From NCBI GenBank assembly GCA_021796115.1, contig JAJYOP010000007.1, forward strand, positions 10,329 to 74,328: a stretch of 64,000 bases of DNA, written 5' to 3'. Below, piece by piece: positions 18,766 through 28,772 of the stretch. This DNA comes from a bacterium. Lineage in GTDB: Bacteria > Omnitrophota > Gorgyraeia > Duberdicusellales > 4484-171. The position numbers and the translations under genes are program-made. Position 1 is the stretch's first letter. The number at the start of each line of letters is the position of its first letter. The notes beneath the pieces are model-generated. The model was not told where the DNA came from and did no database searches. It saw nothing but the letters and a program-made list of their open reading frames with translations.

Positions 18766-19569
18766 ATGAAGCATTTTCTTGCAATTTGCGATAAACTTAA
18801 AAAAGTTTTAGCTGGTAAAACTATATTTCTTTTTTTGGATTACGATGGTACGTTGGCTCCTCTTGTTGACAGACCGGGGAGGGCCTTTCTTACTAAAAAA
18901 ACCAAGAGGTTGCTTATAAATTTAGCGAAGAATCGTAATTGTAAAGTAGCTATTGTCAGCGGCCGCAGGATAAAAGACATAAAAAAAAGGGTAAGAATTA
19001 AGAAAATTATTTACGTTGGAAACCATGGCCTTGAAATTTACGGCCCGAAAATAAAATTTGAGGCCAAGATTCATCCTAAATTCCCGGCTACACTTAGTTC
19101 AATAAAAGAAGAACTTAACAAAAAACTTTCTAAGGTTGACGGTGCATTTGTCGAGGATAAAGGGCTGACGTTGAGCCTTCACTATCGCTGTGTTAACGAA
19201 AGAGATATTCCCGATGTAAAAACTATTTTTCATGAAACCGTAAGCACGCATCTGGCCGGCGATAAAATAAAGGTAAAAGCCGGTAAGATGGTATTTGAGG
19301 TAAGGCCGCCGATAACTTGGGATAAGGGCAAGGCTATACTCTGGCTTTTAGCCAGGCAGCAATTTGCTAATAAAAATAGAAAAGCATTGCCTTTTTATTT
19401 TGGAGACGATACCACCGATGAAGATGCCTTTCGTGCTTTAAGAAAAAGAGGTATTACTGTGTTTGTGGGTTCGTCTGGAGAGTCTCATGCCGAATATTAT
19501 CTTAAATCTACGCAGGAAGTTGCAAGAGCGTTAAAACAAATACTAAAGTATTGCAGCACTATTGAATAA
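18766..19569 (+). CDS. otsB: Trehalose-6-phosphate phosphatase (HAD family)
   Basis: FLDYDGTLAP (HAD motif I), VSGR, YFGDDTTDEDAF (motif IV). Confidence 0.85.
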   Translation: MKHFLAICDKLKKVLAGKTIFLFLDYDGTLAPLVDRPGRAFLTKKTKRLLINLAKNRNCKVAIVSGRRIKDIKKRVRIKKIIYVGNHGLEIYGPKIKFEAKIHPKFPATLSSIKEELNKKLSKVDGAFVEDKGLTLSLHYRCVNERDIPDVKTIFHETVSTHLAGDKIKVKAGKMVFEVRPPITWDKGKAILWLLARQQFANKNRKALPFYFGDDTTDEDAFRALRKRGITVFVGSSGESHAEYYLKSTQEVARALKQILKYCSTIE

Positions 19570-20234
19570 TGAAAGAGTTAATAAAAGCGAAAGAACCGTT
19601 TCAATTTCATACCAGGCTTCATTTGTCAGGATTAACCGGATTGCGCGCTTCTAATCTGTCGCAACTTCTGGAACTTATTAAAAGCGTTCCCGGCTCTTGT
19701 ATTTATCACCATACGCACAGATTTTTGCAGCAGCACCAATATTTGTCCCCGGAGCCTCCCAATGATTTTGCTTATTGGGTAACCGAAGTTTTAGGAGAAG
19801 ATACGTTGGGTGAAAAATTAGCAAGTATTGATACTATTCAATTCGTAACCATCCATAGTTTGCGGGAAGAAATAGTCAGTGTCATTGAAGAGCATTTAGA
19901 AAATAATAAATTATCAAAATTAAAATTTGCCAGCGAAGGGGAAGAATTTCATTTTATCAAATCAGTCAGTTTTATCCTGCCTACCAAATATACCGCATAC
20001 GATTTAAAAGAATTTTTGGATATTTTAGAAAAAATAAGCATTGATTCGATATACTTTCATGTTTTTGAGGCGCGTTTAAGGCTTGAGCGACACACAAATG
20101 ATTTTTCAAACTGGATAGAGACTTCTCTTGGGAATAAGGAACTGGCGCGGCGCATTGCGCATTTAGATCCGTATACCCGCACTTTGGAAGGTTTGCGCAA
20201 TAAGCTTATTGAGATGATTAAGAAAGCGATATAG
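19569..20234 (+). CDS. Conserved hypothetical protein translationally coupled to otsB (TAATG overlap)
   Basis: 221 aa, no recognisable motif; start overlaps otsB stop; sits between otsB and treT. Confidence 0.5.
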   Translation: MKELIKAKEPFQFHTRLHLSGLTGLRASNLSQLLELIKSVPGSCIYHHTHRFLQQHQYLSPEPPNDFAYWVTEVLGEDTLGEKLASIDTIQFVTIHSLREEIVSVIEEHLENNKLSKLKFASEGEEFHFIKSVSFILPTKYTAYDLKEFLDILEKISIDSIYFHVFEARLRLERHTNDFSNWIETSLGNKELARRIAHLDPYTRTLEGLRNKLIEMIKKAI

Positions 20235-20325
20235 CATCACGTCGCAGGCAACGCGTAGCAGGTGATGCGTGATATGTGGAACAAGGCAAGTTACGCTAAA
20301 CGCAAGCTTAATTTGTGTTAAGAAA

Positions 20326-21537
20326 ATGATTGAACTCCAGGATTATACCCCTATTGTCGGTCAAAATGTCATTGATGATTTAAGATTGCTTGCCGAAAAG
20401 TTAGAAGGTAAAGCCATCCAGAATATTAATTCTACTGCCGTTGGCGGCGGCGTCGCAGAAATCCTTAACCGCTTAATCCCGCTTTTACAGGAATTAAACG
20501 TAGATGCGCATTGGGATGTTATTAAGGGCGGTGAGCAGTTCTTTGAAGTAACAAAAAAGTTTCACAACGCCCTTCATGGTTTAAATGAAGAAATACGGTC
20601 TCATGATTTCGATATTTTTATGGAGGCAAGCAGCAATAATATTGCACAGACTAATATTTATGGCGACATAGTTTTTGTCCATGATCCGCAGCCGATAGCC
20701 TTAATAAAAAAGAAAGGAAGCAATAAATGGATTTGGCGTTGTCATATCGATGTGTCTAATCCTAACCGGCGGGTATGGGGGTTTTTAAGAGATTTCGTAA
20801 TAAAGTATGACGCTGCTGTTTTTTCTTCGCCAAGTTTTTCGCAGAGATTGCCGATACGGCAATTTCTTATTTCGCCATCTATCGATCCATTGAGCGATAA
20901 GAATAAAGAGCTCCCCGAAGATGTGATAAACGGCGTATTAAAAAAATACGGTATTACAAAAGACAAACCTATTATTGCGCAAATTTCCCGGTTTGATCGG
21001 TTAAAAGACCCTCTTGGCGTGATTGCTGCCTACAAGCAGGTAAAGAAATACAATGATTGCCAGTTAATTCTGGCCGGTGGCGGAGCCAAAGATGACCCCG
21101 AAGGGATAAAAGTTTTTGAGGAAGTTAAAGAAAAAGCAAAAGAAGATAAGGATATCCATGCTTTGCTTCTGCCGCAAAACGATTTAGAAGTTAATGCCTT
21201 GCAAAGGGCGGCAACTATTATTATCCAGAAATCATTAAAAGAGGGATTTGGCTTAACCGTGACGGAGGCTCTTTGGAAAGCAAAACCCGTTGTGGCATCT
21301 GCCGTAGGCGGCATACCTTTACAGATAAAACATAAATATTCCGGATTACTGTGCCATTCGGTTGACGGAGCGGCATTCGCCCTAAAACAGCTTTTAAACA
21401 GCCCTGACTATGCCAAAAAATTAGGCGATAATGGCAGAGAGCATGTGCGCAATAACTTTTTATTGACGCGGCACCTTAAAGAGTATATGCTTTTATTTCT
21501 TACCTTGTATAACGACAAAGATATGGTTTATCTATAA
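20326..21537 (+). CDS. treT: Trehalose glycosyltransferring synthase TreT (GT4)
   Basis: Near-colinear similarity to archaeal TreT blocks as recalled from memory (not database-checked): NSTAVGGGVAEIL, VHDPQPIAL, WIWRCHIDVSNPN, SPSIDPLSDKN, PIIAQISRFDRLKD, DDPEG, KEGFGLTVTEALWKAKPVVASAVGGIPLQI (EX7E). ORF opens at 20269 but homology begins at MIELQDY (20326). Confidence 0.8.
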   Translation: MIELQDYTPIVGQNVIDDLRLLAEKLEGKAIQNINSTAVGGGVAEILNRLIPLLQELNVDAHWDVIKGGEQFFEVTKKFHNALHGLNEEIRSHDFDIFMEASSNNIAQTNIYGDIVFVHDPQPIALIKKKGSNKWIWRCHIDVSNPNRRVWGFLRDFVIKYDAAVFSSPSFSQRLPIRQFLISPSIDPLSDKNKELPEDVINGVLKKYGITKDKPIIAQISRFDRLKDPLGVIAAYKQVKKYNDCQLILAGGGAKDDPEGIKVFEEVKEKAKEDKDIHALLLPQNDLEVNALQRAATIIIQKSLKEGFGLTVTEALWKAKPVVASAVGGIPLQIKHKYSGLLCHSVDGAAFALKQLLNSPDYAKKLGDNGREHVRNNFLLTRHLKEYMLLFLTLYNDKDMVYL

Positions 21538-21548
21538 AACTTGTAAAA

Positions 21549-22892
21549 ATGCGCAGAAGATTAAAAGAAGAAAGTATTTTATTTATCAGCGTAATTAAAT
21601 GGGTTATTCTTGCCGCCATCACAGGAATAATCGTGGGGTTATCCACGACAATATTTCTGAAAATATTAAATTGGAGCATAGCATTTACTGAAAAATATCC
21701 CTATTACTTTTTGTTGCTTCCAATCGCGCTATTTCTTAGCATATTAATAATTAAATATCTCGCTCCGGATGCCGAAGGGCACGGAACAGAAAAGGTGATA
21801 GAAGCCATTCACAGGCATGCCGGCAAGATAAAGGCTATCGTTGTTCCGGTAAAACTGGTAGCAACTATAATTACTGTGGCATTGGGCGGTTCGGTCGGTA
21901 AGGAAGGGCCTTGTGCTCAAATCGGCGGCGGACTTTCCTCGATATTTTCCGACATTCTTAAGTTTGGCGACAAGGATCGGAAAAAATTGGTAATTTGCGG
22001 TATAAGCGCCGGTTTTGCTTCCGTATTCGGGACGCCTATCGCCGGTTCTATCTTTGGCGTAGAAGTTTTATTTATAGGCGCTATTTTGTACGATGTTTTG
22101 CTCCCTTCTTTTATTGCCGGAATTATCAGCTATCACGTCTCATCATCTTTGGGCATAACCTACTTTTACCATCCCATAACTTTTGTTCCGGTTTTCAGCA
22201 ATCAATTTTTTATCAAAGTTATATTCGCCGGTATTTTCTTTGGATTATGTTCAGTCCTGTTAATTGAAATATTAGAACGCACGCAAAAATTAGCCAAGCG
22301 ATTAAGGTGGTGGGAGCCTCTAAAAGGCCTTGCCGGCGGTTCTTTCCTGGTTGGATTGACTTTTATATCTTCAAAAGAATATCTGGGCCTTGGTTTAAAT
22401 ACGATACAAAATACCTTAAGCGGCATCAAAACAGCATGGTATGCATTTATTTTAAAAATTATTTACACAAGCACAACCCTCGGGTTTGGCGGTAGCGGAG
22501 GAATCGTAACTCCTATTTTCTTCATTGGAGCGACTTCCGGAAGCTTATTTGCTTCTATTTTCGGATTAAACCCGGCTACTTTTGCGGCAATAGGTTTGGT
22601 CAGTGTTCTTGCCGGTTCAGCCAATACGCCGATTGCGGCAAGCATTATGGCGATGGAATTGTTCGGAACAAATATTGCGCCATACGCAACCGTTGCCTGC
22701 GTCGTAAGTTTCCTTATTACCGGACACAGAAGCGTTTATCCATCGCAGGTGCTTGAAGTAAAGAAATCCGAATCAATCAATGTCGAAGTCGGCAAAGAGA
22801 TAGAAAATGTGCTTGCTGAGGTAAGCCCCCGCAAAAAAAGCCTTACCGGAGCGATTCTTAAAATAACAAAAATATTTCGTAGGGTAAAATAA
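21549..22892 (+). CDS. ClC-family chloride channel / H+-Cl- antiporter
   Basis: GSVGKEGP selectivity-filter motif, GTPIAGSIFGVEVL, ~10 TM helices. Confidence 0.85.
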   Translation: MRRRLKEESILFISVIKWVILAAITGIIVGLSTTIFLKILNWSIAFTEKYPYYFLLLPIALFLSILIIKYLAPDAEGHGTEKVIEAIHRHAGKIKAIVVPVKLVATIITVALGGSVGKEGPCAQIGGGLSSIFSDILKFGDKDRKKLVICGISAGFASVFGTPIAGSIFGVEVLFIGAILYDVLLPSFIAGIISYHVSSSLGITYFYHPITFVPVFSNQFFIKVIFAGIFFGLCSVLLIEILERTQKLAKRLRWWEPLKGLAGGSFLVGLTFISSKEYLGLGLNTIQNTLSGIKTAWYAFILKIIYTSTTLGFGGSGGIVTPIFFIGATSGSLFASIFGLNPATFAAIGLVSVLAGSANTPIAASIMAMELFGTNIAPYATVACVVSFLITGHRSVYPSQVLEVKKSESINVEVGKEIENVLAEVSPRKKSLTGAILKITKIFRRVK

Positions 22893-23034
22893 TTAGCGCA
22901 ACGACGGCAAGCAAGGGGATAACCTTAGTATAAAACGTTAAGCTAAATTTATTTTCAGAAAAACTCGAAGCGTGCTATAATTAAATATATTTCAATTTCT
23001 TTCCCGCTTACCATTATTTTTTAAAGGAGGTATT

Positions 23035-23757
23035 ATGGAACAACTAAAAATAGCTAACCAGTATAAAAAAATTCTTCAGAAGTTTGTTCAAGGCTTCAAA
23101 GATATCTATCAGGAAGAACTGCTGTCGCTTATTCTTTATGGAAGTGCAGCAAGCGGAGAATTCGTAGATAGGCATTCCAATTTAAATGTGCTTGTGGTAT
23201 TGAAAAATACTGATTTAGAAACAATAAAAAAATCAACAAACTTGGTACGTAAATTTAAAATGATCCAAACATTGTTTCTTACCGAAGACTATATTGCCAA
23301 CTCTACCGATATTTTCCCTATAGAATTTCTTGATATGCAGGAAAATTATTTTGTTTTATACGGCAAAGATGTTCTAAAAGATATTCATGTGGATATACGC
23401 AATTTGCGCTTCCAGTGCGAACAAGAGTTAAAAGTAAAGCTTATTAAGCTAAGGCAAACCTATCTTTTTCTCAATGATAATATGCCCGCCCTGCGCAGTT
23501 TGTTATTTATTTCTTGCACCTCAGTTTTGCATATATTACGTAATGTTTTACGCATAAAAGGTAAAAAACCAGCTTATTTAAAATCCGAAGTTTTAAAAGA
23601 ATTAGCCTCTGAGTTTAAAATCGATATCCAGATATGGGATAAAATATTAGCTGCTAAAAACAAGCAGACTAAATTAAACGGGAAGGAAATAGAGCAATTA
23701 TTCATTAGTTTTGTGAAAGAATTGGAATCAGTAGTCAATATAGTCGATAAATTATAA
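23035..23757 (+). CDS. Polymerase-beta-type nucleotidyltransferase-fold protein with degenerate catalytic motif
   Basis: LILYGSAASGEFVDRHSNLNVLVV: matches GS-x10-[SD]-x-D pattern but both Asp positions are Asn (SNLN). Confidence 0.45.
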   Translation: MEQLKIANQYKKILQKFVQGFKDIYQEELLSLILYGSAASGEFVDRHSNLNVLVVLKNTDLETIKKSTNLVRKFKMIQTLFLTEDYIANSTDIFPIEFLDMQENYFVLYGKDVLKDIHVDIRNLRFQCEQELKVKLIKLRQTYLFLNDNMPALRSLLFISCTSVLHILRNVLRIKGKKPAYLKSEVLKELASEFKIDIQIWDKILAAKNKQTKLNGKEIEQLFISFVKELESVVNIVDKL

Positions 23758-23761
23758 ATAA

Positions 23762-24520
23762 ATGCGCAAAATATTTCTTAGCTTATTTTTTCTTATCGCA
23801 CCATTCTTTGGTTATGCCGAAAATGTCCCCCAACCGGCAGGCTGGGTCAATGACTTTGCAAATGTTATCGATAAAGGAACCAGCGAGAAAATAACTTCTT
23901 TGATTGAAGAGCTGGAACAAAAAACTACTGCGGAAATCGCAGTAGTTACAGTTAATTCTATTGCGCCTTACGATGAAAAGGAATATGCAAGGTTACTTTT
24001 TGACAATTGGAAACCAGGCAAGAAAGGCAAGGATAACGGTGTCTTGATTCTTTTAGCCATAAAAGAACACCGTTGGCGCATTGAAACCGGTTATGGGGTA
24101 GAAGGGATTTTACCTGACGGGCTTTGCGGTGAAATTGGGCGCAACTACATGGTGCCTTATTTTAAACAAGGCAATTACAGCAAAGGCTTATACGAAGGCG
24201 TAAAAGCTATCGCAAGTGTTATTGCCAAGAATAGCAACATTACTTTAAGTGCATCTGGTAATCCCGCTCAATTGCAATATGTTGAAAAGCCAATAGCTTT
24301 TCCACCCGAGCTCATATTTTTTATCATATTTTTAGTAATTACTCTGATACCCGTGTTTACCACCGATAAATATCTTGGCGGGAGAAATTATCCCGGAGGA
24401 TATTATGGTACTTACGGCGGAGGCGGCTTTGGAAGCGGTGGTTTTGGCGGGGGTGGAGGTGGTTTTGGAGGTTTTGGCGGCGGAGGCGGTGGTGGTGGCG
24501 GCGCCGGCGGAGGATTCTAA
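23762..24520 (+). CDS. TPM-domain (YgcG/TLP18.3-like) protein with C-terminal TM and Gly-rich tail
   Basis: Signal peptide; PAGWVNDFANVI...AEIAVVTV...DNGVLILLAIKEHRWRIETGYG; TM; GGFGGGGGGFGGFGGGGGGGGG tail. Confidence 0.75.
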   Translation: MRKIFLSLFFLIAPFFGYAENVPQPAGWVNDFANVIDKGTSEKITSLIEELEQKTTAEIAVVTVNSIAPYDEKEYARLLFDNWKPGKKGKDNGVLILLAIKEHRWRIETGYGVEGILPDGLCGEIGRNYMVPYFKQGNYSKGLYEGVKAIASVIAKNSNITLSASGNPAQLQYVEKPIAFPPELIFFIIFLVITLIPVFTTDKYLGGRNYPGGYYGTYGGGGFGSGGFGGGGGGFGGFGGGGGGGGGAGGGF

Positions 24521-24549
24521 GTCTTTGTATAGAAAGGAGGGTAGCCAAG

Positions 24550-25116
24550 ATGAGAACATTTCTTATTGTATTAGCAGTTCTGGCAGCTATAGGGATATTA
24601 ATTATCGCGCCGTGTATTGGGTTATATAATAGCATTGTTACTAAACACGAGACTATAACTGCTAAATGGGCGCAGGTTGAGAACCAGCTCCAGCGGCGTA
24701 ATGATTTAATTCCCAATCTAGTTAACACTGTTAAGGGTTATGCCGCGCATGAAAAGTCTGTTTTTGAAGACGTTACTGCTGCGCGGTCTCAATGGGCAAA
24801 AGCCGGCACAGTAGATGAGAAAGTGAAAGCAGCAGGAGCCATGGATAGCGCATTATCGCGATTACTTTTAGTTGTTGAGAATTACCCTAACTTAAAAGCA
24901 GACCAAACGTTCTTAAGGCTTATGGACGAACTATCCGGCACGGAAAATCGTATTGCCGTAGAAAGAATGAGATATAACGAAACTGTTAGAGATTATAACA
25001 TCACTGTCAGGAAATTCCCCGGTAATGTTGTTGCTGGAATGTTTGGTTATAAAGTTGCCACAGAATACTTTAAAGCCGAAGAAAAGGCAAAAACAGTTCC
25101 CGAAGTAAAATTTTGA
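24550..25116 (+). CDS. lemA: LemA-family protein
   Basis: N-terminal TM, IVTKHETITAKWAQVENQLQRRNDLIPNLV..., typical LemA core; adjacent to TPM protein as commonly observed. Confidence 0.8.
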   Translation: MRTFLIVLAVLAAIGILIIAPCIGLYNSIVTKHETITAKWAQVENQLQRRNDLIPNLVNTVKGYAAHEKSVFEDVTAARSQWAKAGTVDEKVKAAGAMDSALSRLLLVVENYPNLKADQTFLRLMDELSGTENRIAVERMRYNETVRDYNITVRKFPGNVVAGMFGYKVATEYFKAEEKAKTVPEVKF

Positions 25117-25145
25117 GCATATAATTTGTTCGAGGAGGATGGGGT

Positions 25146-25622
25146 ATGAATTGTCCAAAATGCTTGGGTAAATTACAGGAAAAAATTGTTGAAGATTGCA
25201 AGGTGGATGTATGTTTTGTTTGCGAAGGCATCTGGTTTGATAACGGCGAACTTGAGAAAGTAATCAAAGCGGATGCCAAAGATTTTGACTTCCTTGATAT
25301 TGATAGAGAAGAACTAGACGGAAAAGAAGCAGCGGAGCTTAAGGAAGAATTCGACAATAAAGAAAGTATATGCCCCCGTTGTGCAGATGGCACTAAATTA
25401 ATTCGTAAAAAACATAAAGGGATACATGAAATCAATGTTGATGTTTGCCCTAAATGCAATGGCATATGGCTGGATGGCGGCGAAATTAAAGAACTAAGGC
25501 ATCGTGGTTTAGTGAATTTAAAAGATGAAATTAACAAGGAAATCTCATTTTTGAAATATGTATTTTCTATTGATGGATTCAGAGATTTTATGCAAGGAGC
25601 GTTCCGTAAGCATCCAAAGTAA
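25146..25622 (+). CDS. zf-TFIIB-type double zinc-ribbon protein
   Basis: Two CPxC...CxxCxGIW[FL]D modules (MNCPKCLGKL...VCFVCEGIWFDNGELEK; ICPRCADGTKL..VCPKCNGIWLDGGEIKEL). Confidence 0.55.
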   Translation: MNCPKCLGKLQEKIVEDCKVDVCFVCEGIWFDNGELEKVIKADAKDFDFLDIDREELDGKEAAELKEEFDNKESICPRCADGTKLIRKKHKGIHEINVDVCPKCNGIWLDGGEIKELRHRGLVNLKDEINKEISFLKYVFSIDGFRDFMQGAFRKHPK

Positions 25623-25799
25623 GAATGCCTGGCTAAACGGACAAATTTGGTTCGGGAATCGCCCCGCTAATGCCTAAAATATTTCAATTTCTGCGCAAAT
25701 TTAAACCTATTTTTCTAAACTATAACCTCCCTTCCCTTGCGTTTTAGCTGCTTTATGGGCAGGTTTCCCCACCGCCGCTAAAAAATATTCCTTAAACGC

Positions 25800-25893
25800 T
25801 ATCTAAGGTTATATTAATATTAGTTAATATCTTAACATTAAGGATATTGACAAATAGATTTTTTTAATATATCCTTTAAAAAGGAGGCAAGAT
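25800..25893 (+). promoter_or_regulatory. Promoter/operator region of MarR-regulated efflux operon with AT-rich palindrome
   Basis: ATATTAA-tattag-TTAATAT inverted repeat, TTGACA-16-ATATAT upstream of SD aaaaaggagg. Confidence 0.35.
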
Positions 25894-26445
25894 ATGAAAA
25901 AAATAGAAAAGAAAACCGAAGACAAACGTGCAATTTACTATTGGGACAGGCTGCAGAATTACGGCAGGAAATACAAATGGTTTCATTGGCCTTCAGTCGA
26001 AGCATTCCTGAATTTGGTTTATACTTACGATGTAATTTCTAATCATTTTGCTTCTAAAATTCAACACACGGGCCTTTCGCGTTCCGCTCTTAATATTTTA
26101 AATATTATAAGCCGCAGCGATAAAAAGGGATGTACTCATAAAGAACTAAGCGATTTATTGCTGGTTAGCCGTGCCAACGTGACTGGCCTGGTAGATAGTC
26201 TTGTGCGTAAAAATTTAGTCAAACGGCAGGATTCGCAGCATGACCGCCGCCTGAGTATTGTAAAAATTACCAAAAATGGCGAAGAACTGCTTAACTCCGT
26301 TCTCCCATCTTACTACTTAGAAATGAGGAGGCTTGCTTCGGATTTAAGCAATGATGAAAGGAATAAATTAAATGATATATTGATTAAATTAAGGCTGAAA
26401 ATCTTTGATTTGTACAAAGATAAGAAAAAAACTGAATCTAATTGA
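25894..26445 (+). CDS. MarR-family transcriptional regulator
   Basis: Winged HTH: LNILNIISRSDKKGCTHKELSDLLLVSRANVTGLVDSLVRKNLVKRQDSQHDRRLSIVKITKNGEEL. Confidence 0.8.
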   Translation: MKKIEKKTEDKRAIYYWDRLQNYGRKYKWFHWPSVEAFLNLVYTYDVISNHFASKIQHTGLSRSALNILNIISRSDKKGCTHKELSDLLLVSRANVTGLVDSLVRKNLVKRQDSQHDRRLSIVKITKNGEELLNSVLPSYYLEMRRLASDLSNDERNKLNDILIKLRLKIFDLYKDKKKTESN

Positions 26446-26479
26446 AATTTCCGGCAGGACTATCCAGGATAATTATTTT

Positions 26480-27850
26480 ATGCAAAGTAAATTTATCATC
26501 TTTTTATTTTTAATGTCATTTTTATTTTTACCAACAGCTAATGCATCAAAAAATATTTCTGAAAACAGTGATAATAAAAAATCATTTGTGGGTCAATATA
26601 CTTCTTTGAGCTTAAAAAGCGCTACGGAGCTGGCGTTAAAAAACAACCTCACCACTCTTTTAGCTAAGGCTAAAACTGAACAGGCTAAAGGAAAAGTTTT
26701 ACAATCAGTTTCATATCTTTTGCCGCATGTATTGCTTAATTTACAGCAATCGCGGGTTTTTAAAGAAAACCTTTCAGCTATGGGTTTTCCTTCCTGGGGC
26801 ACTATCGGGCCTTATAATTCTTTTGACGGCAGAATTCAACTGGTGCAGCAAATATTTGATTTAAGCGCGATAGAGCGGTTTCGGGCCGAGCAGGTTAATT
26901 CTAAAATAGCTCAACTGGACGAAGAACTTGCAGCTAAACAAGTAAGGTCAGCGGTCAGCCTTGCATACTTAAATGCTTTAAGCGCAGAAGCAGATTTAAA
27001 AGCTGCCAAGGCAGACTTTGATTTGGCGAAGCAGCTCTTAAAACTAGGCCGTCACCAAAACGCGGCTGGTTTAGCCACAAGCATTGATGTAACAAGATTC
27101 GAAACTCGCGAAGCAGAAGAAGCAGCCAGATACTTGCAGGCTATAATGAATTTGCATAAAGCTTATATTGAACTTAATCGCGTAATAGGGCTACCGCTAA
27201 GCACACGTTTGAAACTAACCGATTCTATGGATCTCATGCTGGGGCATATTTTTTCTGTTAGCGAGGGGATAGATTTCGCTAATCGAAACAGAACAGAAAT
27301 TAAAATTGCCAGCGAACGCATTCATCATCAAGAGCTGAAAGTTGAAGAAGCTAAATCAGAAAGATTACCCAAGGTTGGATTTTCCGGTGATTATGGTTTA
27401 GGCGGAGACAGTCCGAATAATTCGTTGCGAAATGTGGGCGAAGCAGGAGTACTTTTAAACATGCCTATCTTTGATAGTGGACTAATTAAAGGCGAGGTAC
27501 AAGAAGCAGAGAGCAACAAACGTCAGTCCCAGTTAACTTATGATGATTTAACTAAACAAGTGCAGGAAGACGTGCGCCTGGCTTTTCAAACGCTCATTGT
27601 CGGCATTAAACAGGTAAAAGCAGCCAAAAAAACTCTTGGCTTAGCCAAAAGGGAATTAGATATGAGCAAAGATTTATTTTCAGCTGGCATAGGCGATAAT
27701 ATCCAGGTTATTGATGCGCAAACAGTGCTTGCGCGTGCCAGGCAGGAATACGTAGCTATGCTTTTTCAATATAATACCGCCCGCGTTAATCTTTATTCCG
27801 CTTTAGGTAACGTTGAAGCCTTCAGGCTTGTCAAAAAGAAAGGAGAATAA
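26480..27850 (+). CDS. TolC-family outer-membrane efflux protein
   Basis: Signal peptide, two-repeat OEP architecture; start chosen at MQSKFII (26480) to avoid overlap with marR. Confidence 0.75.
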   Translation: MQSKFIIFLFLMSFLFLPTANASKNISENSDNKKSFVGQYTSLSLKSATELALKNNLTTLLAKAKTEQAKGKVLQSVSYLLPHVLLNLQQSRVFKENLSAMGFPSWGTIGPYNSFDGRIQLVQQIFDLSAIERFRAEQVNSKIAQLDEELAAKQVRSAVSLAYLNALSAEADLKAAKADFDLAKQLLKLGRHQNAAGLATSIDVTRFETREAEEAARYLQAIMNLHKAYIELNRVIGLPLSTRLKLTDSMDLMLGHIFSVSEGIDFANRNRTEIKIASERIHHQELKVEEAKSERLPKVGFSGDYGLGGDSPNNSLRNVGEAGVLLNMPIFDSGLIKGEVQEAESNKRQSQLTYDDLTKQVQEDVRLAFQTLIVGIKQVKAAKKTLGLAKRELDMSKDLFSAGIGDNIQVIDAQTVLARARQEYVAMLFQYNTARVNLYSALGNVEAFRLVKKKGE

Positions 27851-27851
27851 A

Positions 27852-28742
27852 ATGAGCGATAAATTAAACGTACCGCCAAAAAAAGCTGAACCGTCAAAAA
27901 GAAAAATGGTTATTTTGTTTGCAGGAATACTAGCGGTATCGGGATGTGTCTTTGGCCTAGGTTATTACTTTTATGCTTTGTCTCATACTTCAACAGACGA
28001 TGCATTTATCGAAGGCCATGCCATTGCCATAAGCCCAAAAGTCTCCGGCCACATTTTAAAGGTTTACATTGACGATAATCAACAGGTCAAAGCCGGCGAT
28101 CTTTTAGTCGAAATAGACTCTCGCGATTATGAAACGCGCTGTAAAATGGCAGAAGCGAATCTCGAGGCAGCCCAGGCAAAAGCAAGCCAGGCAGAAGAGG
28201 ATGTTGGCCGTTACAAAAAACTTACTTTGAATGACGAAATCTCCAAACAAGATATGGAACATGTCCTGGTCAAGGCGCGTATAGCTAACGCGGAATACGA
28301 GCAGGCAAAAGCTGCGCTTATGCAGGCGAAGCTTGAGCTTTCTTATACCAAAATTTATGCGCCGGCGACAGGAAGGGTGACTGAGAAATCGGTAGAAGAA
28401 GGCGCTTTTGTGCAAATTGGCCAGATGCTCTTAGAAATTGTAACTCCAGAAAGATGGGTCATCGCAAATCTTAAAGAAACAGACCTTAAAAATATCTTGC
28501 CAGGGCAACCTGTTACCATAACTATTGATGCTTATCCCGGAAAAGTTTTTAAGGGCCATGTCGATAGTATACAGAGGGGCACGGGTGCAAGATTCAGCCT
28601 TTTACCTCCGGAAAATGCAACCGGCAACTATATAAAAATTGTGCAAAGGGTACCGGTCAAAATAGTATTTGACGAAGAGCCTGACTCCCAGCATCCACTT
28701 GCTTTAGGGATGTCGGTAATACCCACTATTAAAACAAAATAA
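27852..28742 (+). CDS. emrA: HlyD/EmrA-family membrane fusion protein
   Basis: N-terminal TM, coiled coil, biotinyl/lipoyl-like and beta-barrel segments (LVEIDSRDYE..., LSYTKIYAPATGRV); SD aaaggag before ATG 27852. Confidence 0.75.
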   Translation: MSDKLNVPPKKAEPSKRKMVILFAGILAVSGCVFGLGYYFYALSHTSTDDAFIEGHAIAISPKVSGHILKVYIDDNQQVKAGDLLVEIDSRDYETRCKMAEANLEAAQAKASQAEEDVGRYKKLTLNDEISKQDMEHVLVKARIANAEYEQAKAALMQAKLELSYTKIYAPATGRVTEKSVEEGAFVQIGQMLLEIVTPERWVIANLKETDLKNILPGQPVTITIDAYPGKVFKGHVDSIQRGTGARFSLLPPENATGNYIKIVQRVPVKIVFDEEPDSQHPLALGMSVIPTIKTK

Positions 28743-28772
28743 ATTTATGCATTCTAATAATTCGAGAAAGTT

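Noticed and set aside
20269-20325. Upstream extension of TreT ORF (MICGTRQVTLNASLICVKK)
   Set aside because: TreT homology begins at MIELQDY. The extension is unconserved and probably not translated, though the start is uncertain.
24332-24728. Overlapping ORFs on both strands through the poly-Gly coding tail of the TPM protein
   Set aside because: These are artefacts of the GGN repeat. Only the + strand TPM frame has domain support.
25640-25665. tRNA-like T-arm (ggttcgggaatcgcc)
   Set aside because: There is no acceptor stem, D-arm or anticodon-arm context, so it is not a tRNA.
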